Part shown: piece after piece, positions 1 to 8,766 of the stretch
Layout of the letters: every line of letters starts with the position of its first letter
How positions within the stretch are numbered: the stretch's first letter is position 1
Assembly (NCBI GenBank): GCA_965261005.1
Contig: OZ253375.1
Span: 2,048,001 to 2,112,000 of the forward strand
DNA from: Deinococcus sp.
GTDB taxonomy: Bacteria; Deinococcota; Deinococci; Deinococcales; Deinococcaceae
Direction: 5' to 3'
DNA: 64,000 bases
Notes under the pieces: generated by a model
What the model was told of the DNA's origin: nothing
Databases searched by the model: none
What the model saw: only the letters and a program-made list of their open reading frames with translations
Program-made: the position numbers and the translations under genes

Positions 1-475
1 CAATGCGCTGTGCGGGAATGACGCTCAGCAGCCGGTCGAGCAGCGCGATGCGCGCGGCAGTCGAACTGGCGCCGCCGTGGTCCAGCACGTCCCACACCAA
101 GGGGAGAGCGTAGCCAGCAAACACCGCCCCAATCACCAAGATGTTGTGATCATATTGCCCATAGCGCCAGTTGGTGCGGTCCATCGCGAGCGTCAACTTG
201 CCGCTCCCCAACAGCGGCAGGATCAGTTGGGCGGCCTCGTGCTGAGTGAAGGTCGCTGCGGCGAAGAAGCGGGCGACGCGACGTTCTTTGCTTTCGGGTC
301 GGGCGTCACCCGGCAAGTGCTGAGCGAGTTTGCGGTGAGTGACGTGCTGGGCGTGGACGGTAGCGAGCAACATATCGGCGAGACGAGCGCGCTGGTCAGA
401 GCGGCGTCCGGGCAGGTGTTGCGCGACGAGCGCGCGCAGGGTAGCGTCAGTGGTGCCGGGGGGCTGGGTACTCAT
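1..475 (-). CDS. IS4-family DDE transposase (5' part, runs off window)
   Basis: Manual translation: MSTQPPGTTDATLRALVAQHLPGRRSDQRARLADMLL...LTLAMDRTNWRYGQYDHNILVIGAVFAGYALPLVWDVL. The MDRTNW...NIL...PLxW motif is typical of Deinococcus IS4 transposases. It is absent from the ORF track because it has no stop in the window. Confidence 0.88.
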   Translation of the reverse strand, partial: MSTQPPGTTDATLRALVAQHLPGRRSDQRARLADMLLATVHAQHVTHRKLAQHLPGDARPESKERRVARFFAAATFTQHEAAQLILPLLGSGKLTLAMDRTNWRYGQYDHNILVIGAVFAGYALPLVWDVLDHGGASSTAARIALLDRLLSVIPAQRI

Positions 476-550
476 CAACCACAGTTTGTCCCGGCTCTGC
501 TGTCTCTCCTCGTGTCACACAACCTTTAGACCTTCCTGTCGGGTACTGAG
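1..550 (-). mobile_element. IS4-family insertion sequence, left part (continues beyond window start)
   Basis: Contains a transposase ORF starting at 475. The probable end reads CTCAGTACCCGACAGG on the minus strand from 550. The boundary is inferred because the partner end is outside the window. Confidence 0.75.
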
Positions 551-636
551 CAGCGAACGTCAAGAATAAAATGTCGCCAAGAAGCGACCTTTCGGTAAAT
601 AACAAGGCGATGGTATCTGTTTGCCAAGGTAAAAGA

Positions 637-990
637 TGCACCTTCCGGGTCTTCGCCGCCAACCTGCCCTACAACCTCGCGCTCGAACAGCTGGACAAGA
701 AGCTGAAAGAGGCCACGCCCGAAAAGCTGCACGACCGTGAGGGCTTGCAGGCCGCGATCAAAAGCTGGACGAAGCTGCTCGACGGCATGCACGAACTCCG
801 GATCGGCGACAGCGCCGACGAGATGGCCCGCATGCTTCAGCTCGACGACACCAAGACCTATAGGGAGCTGAAAAGGGTGGGGGAAGTGAGGCTGGAAACT
901 CGTGACAAACGGGCGCTCATAAATGCCTTACCCAGTTTGTGGCTCTCCTGGCACCCGAACGGCGACAGTCTTGCGGAGACATTGCAATGA
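637..990 (+). pseudogene. 5'-truncated paralogue of the 987-1639 hypothetical protein
   Basis: TFRVFAANLPYNL...MARMLQLDDT...LWLSWHPNGDSL aligns with TFKVYQVNLGYNL...LAHQLELDDT...LWRSWWPQGDAL. Upstream of ~640 is unrelated AT-richer DNA. Confidence 0.7.
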
Positions 991-1639
991 AGCAACGCGT
1001 TGGCTGGATGGGGGCGGGCGTGATGGTATTGGCTGCGGTAGTGCTGGCGCGGAACACTCAGGAAGGTGGTATGCAGAACAAGGACAGGACTTGACCGAAC
1101 TGGAACGGGCGGTGGTGCGCTACGGTTCGGTGGACCCGGCGGAAGTGGACGCGCAGGGACGGCTAAAGCCGGACGTGTGGGTGATGGAGGTGTTGCAACA
1201 CGTCTCCAAGACCAAGAACGACCCGCTGTTTCAGCACGACGCGGCGCGCTCGAAGGTGGTGGGCGGGTTGACGGCGGCGCTGTTCATGACCTTCAAGGTG
1301 TACCAAGTCAACCTGGGCTACAACCTGCTGATGGAGTTCATCGAGGGCGAGGTCAAAAAGATGCCGCCCCAGAAGTACGCGGATTCAAAAGCGCTGACCA
1401 AGGGCTTGGCGGCGCTCGCCAAACGGATAGAAACTCAGACGAAGTTGCCGCTGACCAAAGAATCGCGTGAGCTGGCCCATCAGCTGGAGCTTGACGATAC
1501 TGCGGGTTACTTGTTCCTCGAAGCTTTGGGAAAACAAGACGTACCTGAGAATGACCGCAAAGACCTTGCCAACAGGGTGCGACAGCTCTGGCGTTCTTGG
1601 TGGCCGCAAGGCGACGCCTTGCTAGGGAGCGGGTCATGA
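987..1639 (+). pseudogene. Hypothetical exported protein, apparently frameshifted near 1075-1090
   Basis: ATG at 987 overlaps the previous stop (ATGA) and gives signal/anchor-like MKQRVGWMGAGVMVLAAVVLA, then stops. The body continues in another frame to TGA 1639. Confidence 0.65.
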
Positions 1640-1702
1640 AGCGTTGGATGTGGGCCGTGGCTGCCGCTTTGAGCTTGACGGCATTGGCTGTGAGGGGAAA
1701 CG
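1636..1702 (+). pseudogene. Signal-peptide stub of a third coupled gene, cut by IS1
   Basis: ATGA overlap with the 1639 stop. MKRWMWAVAAALSLTALAVRGN then runs into the IS1 end at 1703. Confidence 0.6.
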
Positions 1703-1715
1703 GGTAGTGGCTGCA

Positions 1716-2117
1716 TCAAGGTGAGGCGTGATAGTCGGAGATGAAGAGGGCGAGGGCAGCATGGCGGCAAGGAAGGGACTTTGAGAAGGAGAGCGTTGTG
1801 CGGACCAGGCGGCCCAGCCGTTGGTGCAGGGTGTTGTTGAAGCGCTCAACGTGCGTCGTGAACGCCTTCCCGATCAAACGACGTGTCCCCAGCAGCGGTT
1901 CATTGTAGGCGTCCCACTCGTCGGTACAGAAGGTCGCCTTCAGCCGCTGTTCGTACGTCAGCGGCAAGGCGTCCCACAGCTTGAAGGCCGTCTCCTGGCT
2001 GCGATCTCCGACAACCCAGCCCAGAATCCGGCGCGTCGTGCGTTCCAACGCGAACCACAACCACACCGGCTGCTGCTTGCTCCCAACAAAACTCCACACC
2101 TCGTCCAGCTCGATCAC
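1716..2117 (-). CDS. insB: IS1 InsB DDE domain, expressed by -1 frameshift fusion with InsA
   Basis: [19 protein letters not shown] and [19 protein letters not shown] motifs. Confidence 0.9.
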   Translation of the reverse strand: MIELDEVWSFVGSKQQPVWLWFALERTTRRILGWVVGDRSQETAFKLWDALPLTYEQRLKATFCTDEWDAYNEPLLGTRRLIGKAFTTHVERFNNTLHQRLGRLVRTTLSFSKSLPCRHAALALFISDYHASP

Positions 2118-2161
2118 CAGTTCCTCAGGAGCCAGCCCTTCGGGAACAGGCGCAATGGTGC

Positions 2162-2422
2162 TCAGCTGCTCGGCTTTTTTTTAAGCCAGCGGATGACCGT
2201 GTTGCGGTGGATGCCGAACTGCCGCTCGACGCCTCGGATACTCGAACGCTCGGCAAGCGCCGTGAACACCTGCTGCCTGACCTCTTCGCTGTGCGCCACC
2301 GGAACAGCACCGGGACGAAAACGGCGGCCACACGCTTTACACAAGTACGTCTGCTCGCCTGCGGCGCTCTTCCCGTTCCTCACCACCCGCTCGCTTCCGC
2401 ACTCAGGACAACTCAACTCCAT
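2162..2422 (-). CDS. insA: IS1 InsA (Zn-ribbon + HTH)
   Basis: CPECGS...RNGK...[10 protein letters not shown] plus an HTH ending WLKK at the frameshift site. Confidence 0.9.
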   Translation of the reverse strand: MELSCPECGSERVVRNGKSAAGEQTYLCKACGRRFRPGAVPVAHSEEVRQQVFTALAERSSIRGVERQFGIHRNTVIRWLKKKPSS

Positions 2423-2476
2423 CCACTTAATGTATCACGCTAGAACAGCCACTACCCTAAAACGATTGTAGGTTGA

Positions 2477-4123
2477 TCAGGACGACTTGAACGTCTCCAC
2501 CGGCGCCTCCACCACATCCCGCCCCCGCGCCACGTCTCGCTGGCTCCTTCTGCCAAAGGCGTGGGCCAAATCGCGCTCGGAAAGGCGGACGACGGTGGGG
2601 CGGCCGTGCGGGCAGGCGTAGGGCTGGGCGCACGCGGCCAGGGCGAGCAACAAGTCCGGCCCCACCTCGGCGGTGACCATGCCGGCCTTGAGGCTGGGCG
2701 CGCAGGCCAAGCGCGCGAGGACCGCCCGCTTGGGGTCCCCCTCTCCCAATGCGGCGTCGAGGACCGTCTCGACCAGGCGCGCCACCGGCAGGCCGCTCAG
2801 GGCGGCGGGCAAGCTGCGCACCCGCGCCAAGCCCGCGCCGAAGTCCTCGACCACCAGCCCAAAGGCGCGCAACTCGGCGCCGCGCTCCGAGAGGCGGGCG
2901 CTTTGGTCGGGGGTGAGGTGCAGCAGCTCGGGATGGGGCAGCTCGACGCTCTCCGCAATCCCAAAGGCGCGCTCCAGCTTTTCAAACCAGACCCGCTCGT
3001 GCGCGGCGTGGGCGTCCAGCAGCCACAAGTCCCCCTCACCCTCGGCCAGCAGGTAGGTGTCGCGGTACACGCCGATGGGGCGCAAGTCGGGAAAGTGCGC
3101 CGCCGACTTGGGAAGGGCCTGGGCCGCGCGCAACGGGGGCGCCGAACGGGTGAGGGGATGGGCCAGCAGGGCGGCGCGCACGGCCCCCGTCAGGCGTTCC
3201 GCCAACCCTTGCACGCCGGCCAGCGCGACCTGGGCCTTGGCGGGGTGGACGTTGGGGTTCACGTCCTCTGGGGGCAGGCGCACGTCTAGCACGCACAGCG
3301 GGGCCTGGCCCGCCGGCAGCAGCTCGCCGTAGCCGGCGATCACGGCCTTTTCGAGTTCAAGCGGAAACAGCACCGGGCGCCCGTTCACCGCCAGGTGCAT
3401 GCGGTCGCGGCGCGGGCGGGTCAGCTCCGGGCGCGACAGGACGCCGGAAACAAAGTTTCCTTCCAGCTCCAGCATCCGGTTGGCGACCACCGGCCCGTAC
3501 ACGCTCGCCACCGCCCCGCGCGCGTCCGAGGGGGCGTGTTGCAGCCTCACCTCGCCGTCCGCGCTCAGCTTCCAATGGAGGCCGGGGTGGTGCAGCGCGT
3601 AGCGGCCCAGCAGCGCCACCACCTCACGCAGCTCGGTCGCCTCCGGCGCCTGAGTACGCAGGCGGGCGGGCAAGTGGCCGAACAGGTTCGTCACGGTCAC
3701 GCTGGTGCCGGCTGGCGCCGTGACGCGCTCCAAGCTCACCTCGTCCCCGCGCGCCGTCAGCCTGACCGCCCCCAGCTGCGCGGTAGGCCGTGTGATCAGG
3801 ATCAGCTCGCCGGCCTGGGCGACGCTCCACAGCGCCTCGCCGCGAAAGCCGAGGGTCTTGATGCGGTCCATATCACCCAGCTTGCTGGTCGCGTGACGCG
3901 CGGGGGCCAGCGGCACCTGGTCCCCTGGAATGCCCGCCCCGTTGTCGCGCACCCGAATGCGCGCGAGGCCGCCCCCGTCAAGGTCCACCTCGACGCGGCT
4001 CGCCCCGGCGTCCAGCGCGTTGTCCACCAGCTCCCGCACCACGTCGAGGGGACGCGACACGACCTCGCCCGCCGCGATGAGGCGGGCGAGGTCGGGCGGC
4101 AAGACGCGAATGGGGCCGGCCAT
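2477..4123 (-). CDS. mutL: DNA mismatch repair protein MutL
   Basis: IAAGEVV..P..VVRELVDNALDA, GFRGEAL, NVHPAK, DAHAAHER and CPHGRP motifs. Start reassigned to ATG 4123. Confidence 0.96.
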   Translation of the reverse strand: MAGPIRVLPPDLARLIAAGEVVSRPLDVVRELVDNALDAGASRVEVDLDGGGLARIRVRDNGAGIPGDQVPLAPARHATSKLGDMDRIKTLGFRGEALWSVAQAGELILITRPTAQLGAVRLTARGDEVSLERVTAPAGTSVTVTNLFGHLPARLRTQAPEATELREVVALLGRYALHHPGLHWKLSADGEVRLQHAPSDARGAVASVYGPVVANRMLELEGNFVSGVLSRPELTRPRRDRMHLAVNGRPVLFPLELEKAVIAGYGELLPAGQAPLCVLDVRLPPEDVNPNVHPAKAQVALAGVQGLAERLTGAVRAALLAHPLTRSAPPLRAAQALPKSAAHFPDLRPIGVYRDTYLLAEGEGDLWLLDAHAAHERVWFEKLERAFGIAESVELPHPELLHLTPDQSARLSERGAELRAFGLVVEDFGAGLARVRSLPAALSGLPVARLVETVLDAALGEGDPKRAVLARLACAPSLKAGMVTAEVGPDLLLALAACAQPYACPHGRPTVVRLSERDLAHAFGRRSQRDVARGRDVVEAPVETFKSS

Positions 4124-4213
4124 GCGGGCAGTATCGCGCGCTGGGCGAAGAAACTTGGTAATACGTGGCGGCTTGCGGCGATCCCGAGACCGCCAGAATT
4201 CGTTTACACTGTT

Positions 4214-4861
4214 GTGCAAGTGTTGAAGCGCACGCTTAAGAGGGCTTTGCCCGCCTGTCTGGCCCTATTTTGCTCTGCCATGGCCGGGCCGGACATGTTA
4301 AGCGGACGCGTCATCAGTTGGAATCTGGGCGAGGGCGAGGTGATGTTGGTGACTTTTGGCGAGCGTAACTTCGTCCAGACGCGCGCGGGTCATGTCTCGG
4401 CGTCCGGCCGCTTGGGCGGCGTCCTGCCGGCGATGCCGGGCGGAACTTCCGTGATTGACCTTGCCGGACATTTGAGCGCGCCGTCCGACATGTGTCGAGG
4501 CCGTGGACCGCAAACCATCTTGGCCGTCAAGGTGAACCTGATCTACGGCGTTCAAGTCGTTGATGGTGTTGGCAAGGCAATCGCCGTGCTGATCGCGCCG
4601 CGAATAGGCGATCCGGTTCAATCGGTGCCGATGTACGCAGATAAGGCGGCCCAGATTGACCTCACCTTGACTTGCGCCAGAGAAGACGGTTCCGTGACAG
4701 ACGCCGTGGTGCTCAAGCTCAAGCTGGCGCGAGGTTGGAACGTCGCGCGCCTGAGCGTGGTCACCAGGGCCGGACCGCCAGAGCTTACCGTGACCACCGT
4801 CGAGGCCACGCCCGGCTTTCCGGCCACTTGGGACTTCGCCAAGCTTGGCCGCGCTCCATGA
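4214..4861 (+). CDS. Hypothetical secreted protein
   Basis: Signal peptide KRALPACLALFCSAMA. Shares LSG.V..W.LG, PMYAD and LKL.RGWN with the next gene. Start approximate. Confidence 0.7.
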   Translation: MQVLKRTLKRALPACLALFCSAMAGPDMLSGRVISWNLGEGEVMLVTFGERNFVQTRAGHVSASGRLGGVLPAMPGGTSVIDLAGHLSAPSDMCRGRGPQTILAVKVNLIYGVQVVDGVGKAIAVLIAPRIGDPVQSVPMYADKAAQIDLTLTCAREDGSVTDAVVLKLKLARGWNVARLSVVTRAGPPELTVTTVEATPGFPATWDFAKLGRAP

Positions 4862-5559
4862 GCGCCCCTTCGCGTGGCTTCCGGTCGCCCACTGCCCGAA
4901 GTTACACACGCCTTCTGTGCTGTCTCACGTTTGTCGCGCTCTCGCCGGGATTATGCAGAGGTTCGGCTTTGAACGCCGCGCCTGCCTTAAGCGGCCAGGT
5001 GGCGAACTGGAAGCTGGGCACGTCCCAATTGGTCGCCTATTTCATGGGGCTTGACCGGACGAAGACGGTCGTATTGGGCCGCGTTTCCGCCGATGGTATC
5101 TTGAGTGGCCGGTTGCCAAACGCACAGGACGTCAAACCCTTTCTGTACACGTTTCAGACCAACCCCGAATGGGGCGGGACTTGCCGCGCCGAATTCGGCC
5201 GGGGGCGTCCCGTGTTTCGGCTGGCGACGCTGGACTACTTTTATACACAAAACGCCGCCGGCAGGGCGTCCATGAGGCTGCTGCCCTACACCCAGCAAGC
5301 TGACGCCGTTGAAGTCTTGACGCCCATGTACGCGGACCGCTCCGTTCAAGTCGAGGGGCGGCAGGTGTGCAGCGACCAGAGCGGAAGCGACACCGCGTTC
5401 AGGATTTACCACCTAAAGTTGGTCAAAGGCTGGAACTTGGTTACGGTGCGTTCCGTGGCAGGTCATCGTCCGCAACGGTTCTTCGCGGACGATTATCAAT
5501 CGGTCGTCTATACCAACGCCGCTCGGTTTCCCGGCCGCTGGCTCGCGATCACGCCTTGA
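4858..5559 (+). CDS. Hypothetical secreted protein, paralogue of upstream gene
   Basis: ATGA overlap with the previous stop. Same motif set (LSGQVANWKLG, PMYAD, LKLVKGWN). Confidence 0.7.
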   Translation: MSAPSRGFRSPTARSYTRLLCCLTFVALSPGLCRGSALNAAPALSGQVANWKLGTSQLVAYFMGLDRTKTVVLGRVSADGILSGRLPNAQDVKPFLYTFQTNPEWGGTCRAEFGRGRPVFRLATLDYFYTQNAAGRASMRLLPYTQQADAVEVLTPMYADRSVQVEGRQVCSDQSGSDTAFRIYHLKLVKGWNLVTVRSVAGHRPQRFFADDYQSVVYTNAARFPGRWLAITP

Positions 5560-5752
5560 GCTGCGCCGCGACCTCCCTTGGCCGGAAAGACTTGGTGGCG
5601 AAGGGTCGAAAGGGAACGGCGCGTGCCATAGCGCCGGCAACATGAAACTCTTGACCCTCGGCATCGGCTTTTATAGCGACAAGCACGGCGCGTGGCGTGA
5701 GCGAAGAGCGCTGATTCTGGACGCGCTGCCGCGCTTACCCTTGTCAGAATTC

Positions 5753-5916
5753 ATACGGGATTGCTTTGATTCCAACCTGTGTTGAGAAAAGGCCAACATA
5801 GGTTTCCATCGTCGCTATCCCGTATTTTTCTGTACTCGCCCCGCGTCTTGGGCAGAACGGCACCCGTATGGGGCCTGCCCGCTCGGATGCGTCTTCGACT
5901 TATCTTAAATTCGTAT
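5753..5916. repeat. SNR/SRE-like short interspersed repeat (ATACG...CGTAT ends)
   Basis: Close reverse-complement copy at 23461-23622. Confidence 0.85.
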
Positions 5917-5929
5917 TAGAGTGCCGGGC

Positions 5930-6445
5930 ATGATCCTTGAACTGCGCCATTCCCGCCAAGACGAGCGCGAGCGGCTGTGGCAGCTGATCTACGGCGACCT
6001 CAGCTGGAAGGAGTGGGACGCCCCGTACTGGCCCATCGAGAAGGTCCCGACGCTGGAGGAGTATTTAGAGCTTGTCAAGGCCGCCCCGGTCAACCCCTGG
6101 CGAAAGTACGTCGCGCTGGACGGCGAGCTGTGCGGCCTGGTCAACGCCAGCTGGGAAGATGCGGCGAGCGGCTGGGCCGAGGCCGGCATCGTCTTGTACC
6201 GCCCCGGAAACTGGGGGCGCGGCCTGGGTCGGCGGGCGCTCACCCTCTGGCTGGAGGAGCTGTTCGCGGACGCACGCCTTCACCGCGTCTCGCTGACCAC
6301 CTGGAGCGGGAACGAACGCATGGTCAAGCTGGCCCTGAGTCTGGGCTTCACCGAGGAGGCCCGTATGCGCGAGGCGCGGCTGTGGCGGGGGCGGCGCTGG
6401 GACAGCGTGCGCTACGGGATATTGCGGCGGGAGTGGCGAGGATGA
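5930..6445 (+). CDS. GNAT N-acetyltransferase (RimJ/RimL-like)
   Basis: WGRGLGRRAL, TTWSGNERM..LA..LGF and YGILRREW motifs. TAGAGT -10 box 7 nt before ATG 5930. Confidence 0.9.
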   Translation: MILELRHSRQDERERLWQLIYGDLSWKEWDAPYWPIEKVPTLEEYLELVKAAPVNPWRKYVALDGELCGLVNASWEDAASGWAEAGIVLYRPGNWGRGLGRRALTLWLEELFADARLHRVSLTTWSGNERMVKLALSLGFTEEARMREARLWRGRRWDSVRYGILRREWRG

Positions 6446-6446
6446 C

Positions 6447-6989
6447 TTATGGACAGCCGTAGCGCAAATTGTCGGGAGAAGGCAGCGTCAGCGTGTAGTT
6501 GGGCATACTGTAGGACTTTTGGCAAGTCCGTCTACCCTGCACGTCGAGCTTGGTCACCGTCAACGTGTAGTTGAACGCCTTCCACACATCCATTCCGCCG
6601 CGCTCCACCGGCAAGACACCCGACAGCGTTCGCATTGGCGTGCGGAAGGCGGAAATGAGGTTACCCGGCAGCTTCGAGGCCACGTTCCCCGGTTGGTCCA
6701 GATACACGCCGCACCATACCAAGCGGGCTTGCCCAGACTTCACTTGAAAGGCGAAGCCCTGCCCATAGCTGAGCTGGTAAAAGCGGTCCGCTCGCCCTGC
6801 CGGAAAGGTAAATGTGCCCCCCGTAGACTCGCTGTCCCGCGCGTCAACTCCACATCGCTGGATAGCCTGGAGATGTGTCTCGAAGTAGTGTCCAACGGCT
6901 CGAAGCGTGTGGGCGCGCTGGGCGTTGAGGCTGGAGGTCTGCGCCGCTCCCAGGCAAGACAGGGCGATCAGCAAAGCGAACGTCCGCAT
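6447..6989 (-). CDS. Hypothetical secreted protein
   Basis: Signal peptide MRTFALLIALSCLGAA. No recognisable family. Confidence 0.6.
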   Translation of the reverse strand: MRTFALLIALSCLGAAQTSSLNAQRAHTLRAVGHYFETHLQAIQRCGVDARDSESTGGTFTFPAGRADRFYQLSYGQGFAFQVKSGQARLVWCGVYLDQPGNVASKLPGNLISAFRTPMRTLSGVLPVERGGMDVWKAFNYTLTVTKLDVQGRRTCQKSYSMPNYTLTLPSPDNLRYGCP

Positions 6990-7041
6990 GGCTCGCAGTT
7001 CACCACAATCAACCAATCTCATTCTGACGTTACCCGCCCGC

Positions 7042-7258
7042 TTAATCCCGGCGCGCGACGAACACCATCACCCGGCTTTCAGGCGTTAGCGGCCCGCGCT
7101 TCCAGTCGCCGTACACCTGTTCGACGGTAAAGCCGGCCCCGGTCAAAGATTCAGTCAGCTCGGCCAAGCTGCGAAAGCGCAGCTCGCTGTCCACCACCAC
7201 GTCCTCCTCCGTCTCCGCAAAGACGTTGTGAGCGACGAAGTGAACCCGCCCGCCCACC
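7042..7258 (-). pseudogene. 3' fragment duplicate of the SAM methyltransferase at 10022-10774
   Basis: GRVHFVAHNVFAET...GAGFTVEQVYGDW.RGPLTPESRVMVFVAR is near-identical to the C-terminus of the intact copy. Confidence 0.85.
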
Positions 7259-7489
7259 GAGTACCTGCACACGCTGCGCTACGACACCGCCAGCTCCACC
7301 GGCGACGCGCCCCTGCACGCCCTGCGCGGCTTGGTGGGACCGGAGGGGGTGCTGTTCGGCAGCGACTTCCCGTACATCCCGCCCGCCTTGATCGAGGCGG
7401 GCGTCCGCGAGCTGCGCGCCTTTCCGGAGTTTGACGTGGCGGCGCGGGAGCGAGTGGAGCGGGTGAACGCGCTCGACTTGCTGAAATGA
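7250..7489 (+). pseudogene. C-terminal fragment of an amidohydrolase_2-family protein
   Basis: Manual translation PPTEYLHTLRYDTASS...GVLFGSDFPYI...VERVNALDLLK*, with the typical YDT and LFGSDFP motifs. No start. Confidence 0.75.
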
Positions 7490-7491
7490 GC

Positions 7492-8766
7492 CTACTCGCT
7501 CACCGGACCCGGCTCCGGCGTCCCCAGCCGCGCCCCCGCCCGCCGCCCCGCGCCCAGCCAAGCGCGCAGCGCCCGGTAGCCGCCCGCCTTGCTCGGCATG
7601 AACCATAAAAAAAAGGCGAGGCGGGCCAGCCAGCCCGGCCAGCCGCTCAGCTGCACGCCCCACAGCTCGGTGAGGCCCCCGCCGGCGCGCACGCTGGCCG
7701 ATTGGCCCAGGCCGCCGTAGGCGAACGGCTGGACGGGGCGGCCCCTCACCACGGCGGCCATGTTGTTGCCCACGCACATGCCCTGCTTCATGGCCCACAG
7801 CGCGTTGACCGGGCAGGTGCCCTCACCGCGCGGCAACGGCACGCTCGCCGCGTCGCCGGCCGCCCAAACGTGCGGCTGGCCCCGGACGCGCAGCGCCTCA
7901 TCCACCAACAGCTGCCCGCCCGGCGTGCGGGCCAGCGCCTCGGTGCCGGGCAAGGCTGAAAAGGCCACACCTGCCGTGTAGAGGACCACGTCGAAGGGCA
8001 GGGCCTCGCCGGAGTCCAACTCCACGCCTTGCGGGGTGAGGCGCCGCACGCGGGCGCCGTAGCGCACCCGCACGCCCGAGCGCCCCAATTCCCGCGCCGC
8101 GTAGTCGGCCAGCTTGGCGTAGCGGGGCCGCAGCGTGTCCAGCAGTTGAGCGCCGGCCGTCATCAGCGTGAGGTCGAGGGCCGCGCCGCGCCGCGCCGCC
8201 AACTCGCGAATCGCGGCGGCCATCTCGACGCCCGCGAAGCCGCCGCCGATCACCAAGACGCGGGCGGGCGGGCGGCCTGCGGGGTGGTCCGCCGCCAGCG
8301 CGAAGAGGCGCCGGCGAAAACGCTGCATGTCGCGGGTGTCCTTGAGCCGCCAGCCGTGCTCGCGCAGACCGGGCACCCGCTCAAACGGGTCGCCCGAACC
8401 CGTGCCCAGCAGCAGGTGGTCGTAGGGCACAGTTTCCTGGGCGCCGTCCGGGGTGGTCACGGTCACGCGGCGCGCGGCCAGGTCAACCTGGGTGGCCCGG
8501 CCCAGCAGCACGCGGGCAAAGCGCAACAGCGGGGCCAGCGGCGTCAGCGTCACCTCCAGCGGCAGCCGGTCGGCCAGCACCTCGCCGGTCCAGCCGTGAA
8601 AGGTGTGGTAGGGGTCGGGGTTGACCACCGTGACCTGTACCTCGCCGCCGCGCAGACGCGGCCCGAGGCGGCGTGCCAGCGCCTTGTAGGCGTCAATGCT
8701 GGCGTAGCCCGCGCCCAGCAGCACGATCCGCACGGGCTGCTCGTGGATAGGCTCTTCGCGCGTCAC
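7492..8766 (-). CDS. NAD(P)/FAD-dependent oxidoreductase (type II NADH dehydrogenase-like)
   Basis: LLGAGYA, YDHLLLGTGS, VIGGGFAGVEMA and WAAGD motifs. GTG start overlaps the upstream stop. Confidence 0.88.
   Translation of the reverse strand: MTREEPIHEQPVRIVLLGAGYASIDAYKALARRLGPRLRGGEVQVTVVNPDPYHTFHGWTGEVLADRLPLEVTLTPLAPLLRFARVLLGRATQVDLAARRVTVTTPDGAQETVPYDHLLLGTGSGDPFERVPGLREHGWRLKDTRDMQRFRRRLFALAADHPAGRPPARVLVIGGGFAGVEMAAAIRELAARRGAALDLTLMTAGAQLLDTLRPRYAKLADYAARELGRSGVRVRYGARVRRLTPQGVELDSGEALPFDVVLYTAGVAFSALPGTEALARTPGGQLLVDEALRVRGQPHVWAAGDAASVPLPRGEGTCPVNALWAMKQGMCVGNNMAAVVRGRPVQPFAYGGLGQSASVRAGGGLTELWGVQLSGWPGWLARLAFFLWFMPSKAGGYRALRAWLGAGRRAGARLGTPEPGPVSE

Larger units (their letters stand above)
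1703..2456 (-). mobile_element. IS1-family element (754 bp)
   Basis: Terminal inverted repeats GGTAGTGGCTG (1703) and CAGCCACTACC (to 2456). insA and insB ORFs with an A8 slippery run at ~2175-2182. Confidence 0.93.

Noticed and set aside
5642..5785. Short ORF MKLLTLGIGFYSDKHGAW
   Set aside because: No RBS or family motif, and it runs into a repeat; at most a relic.
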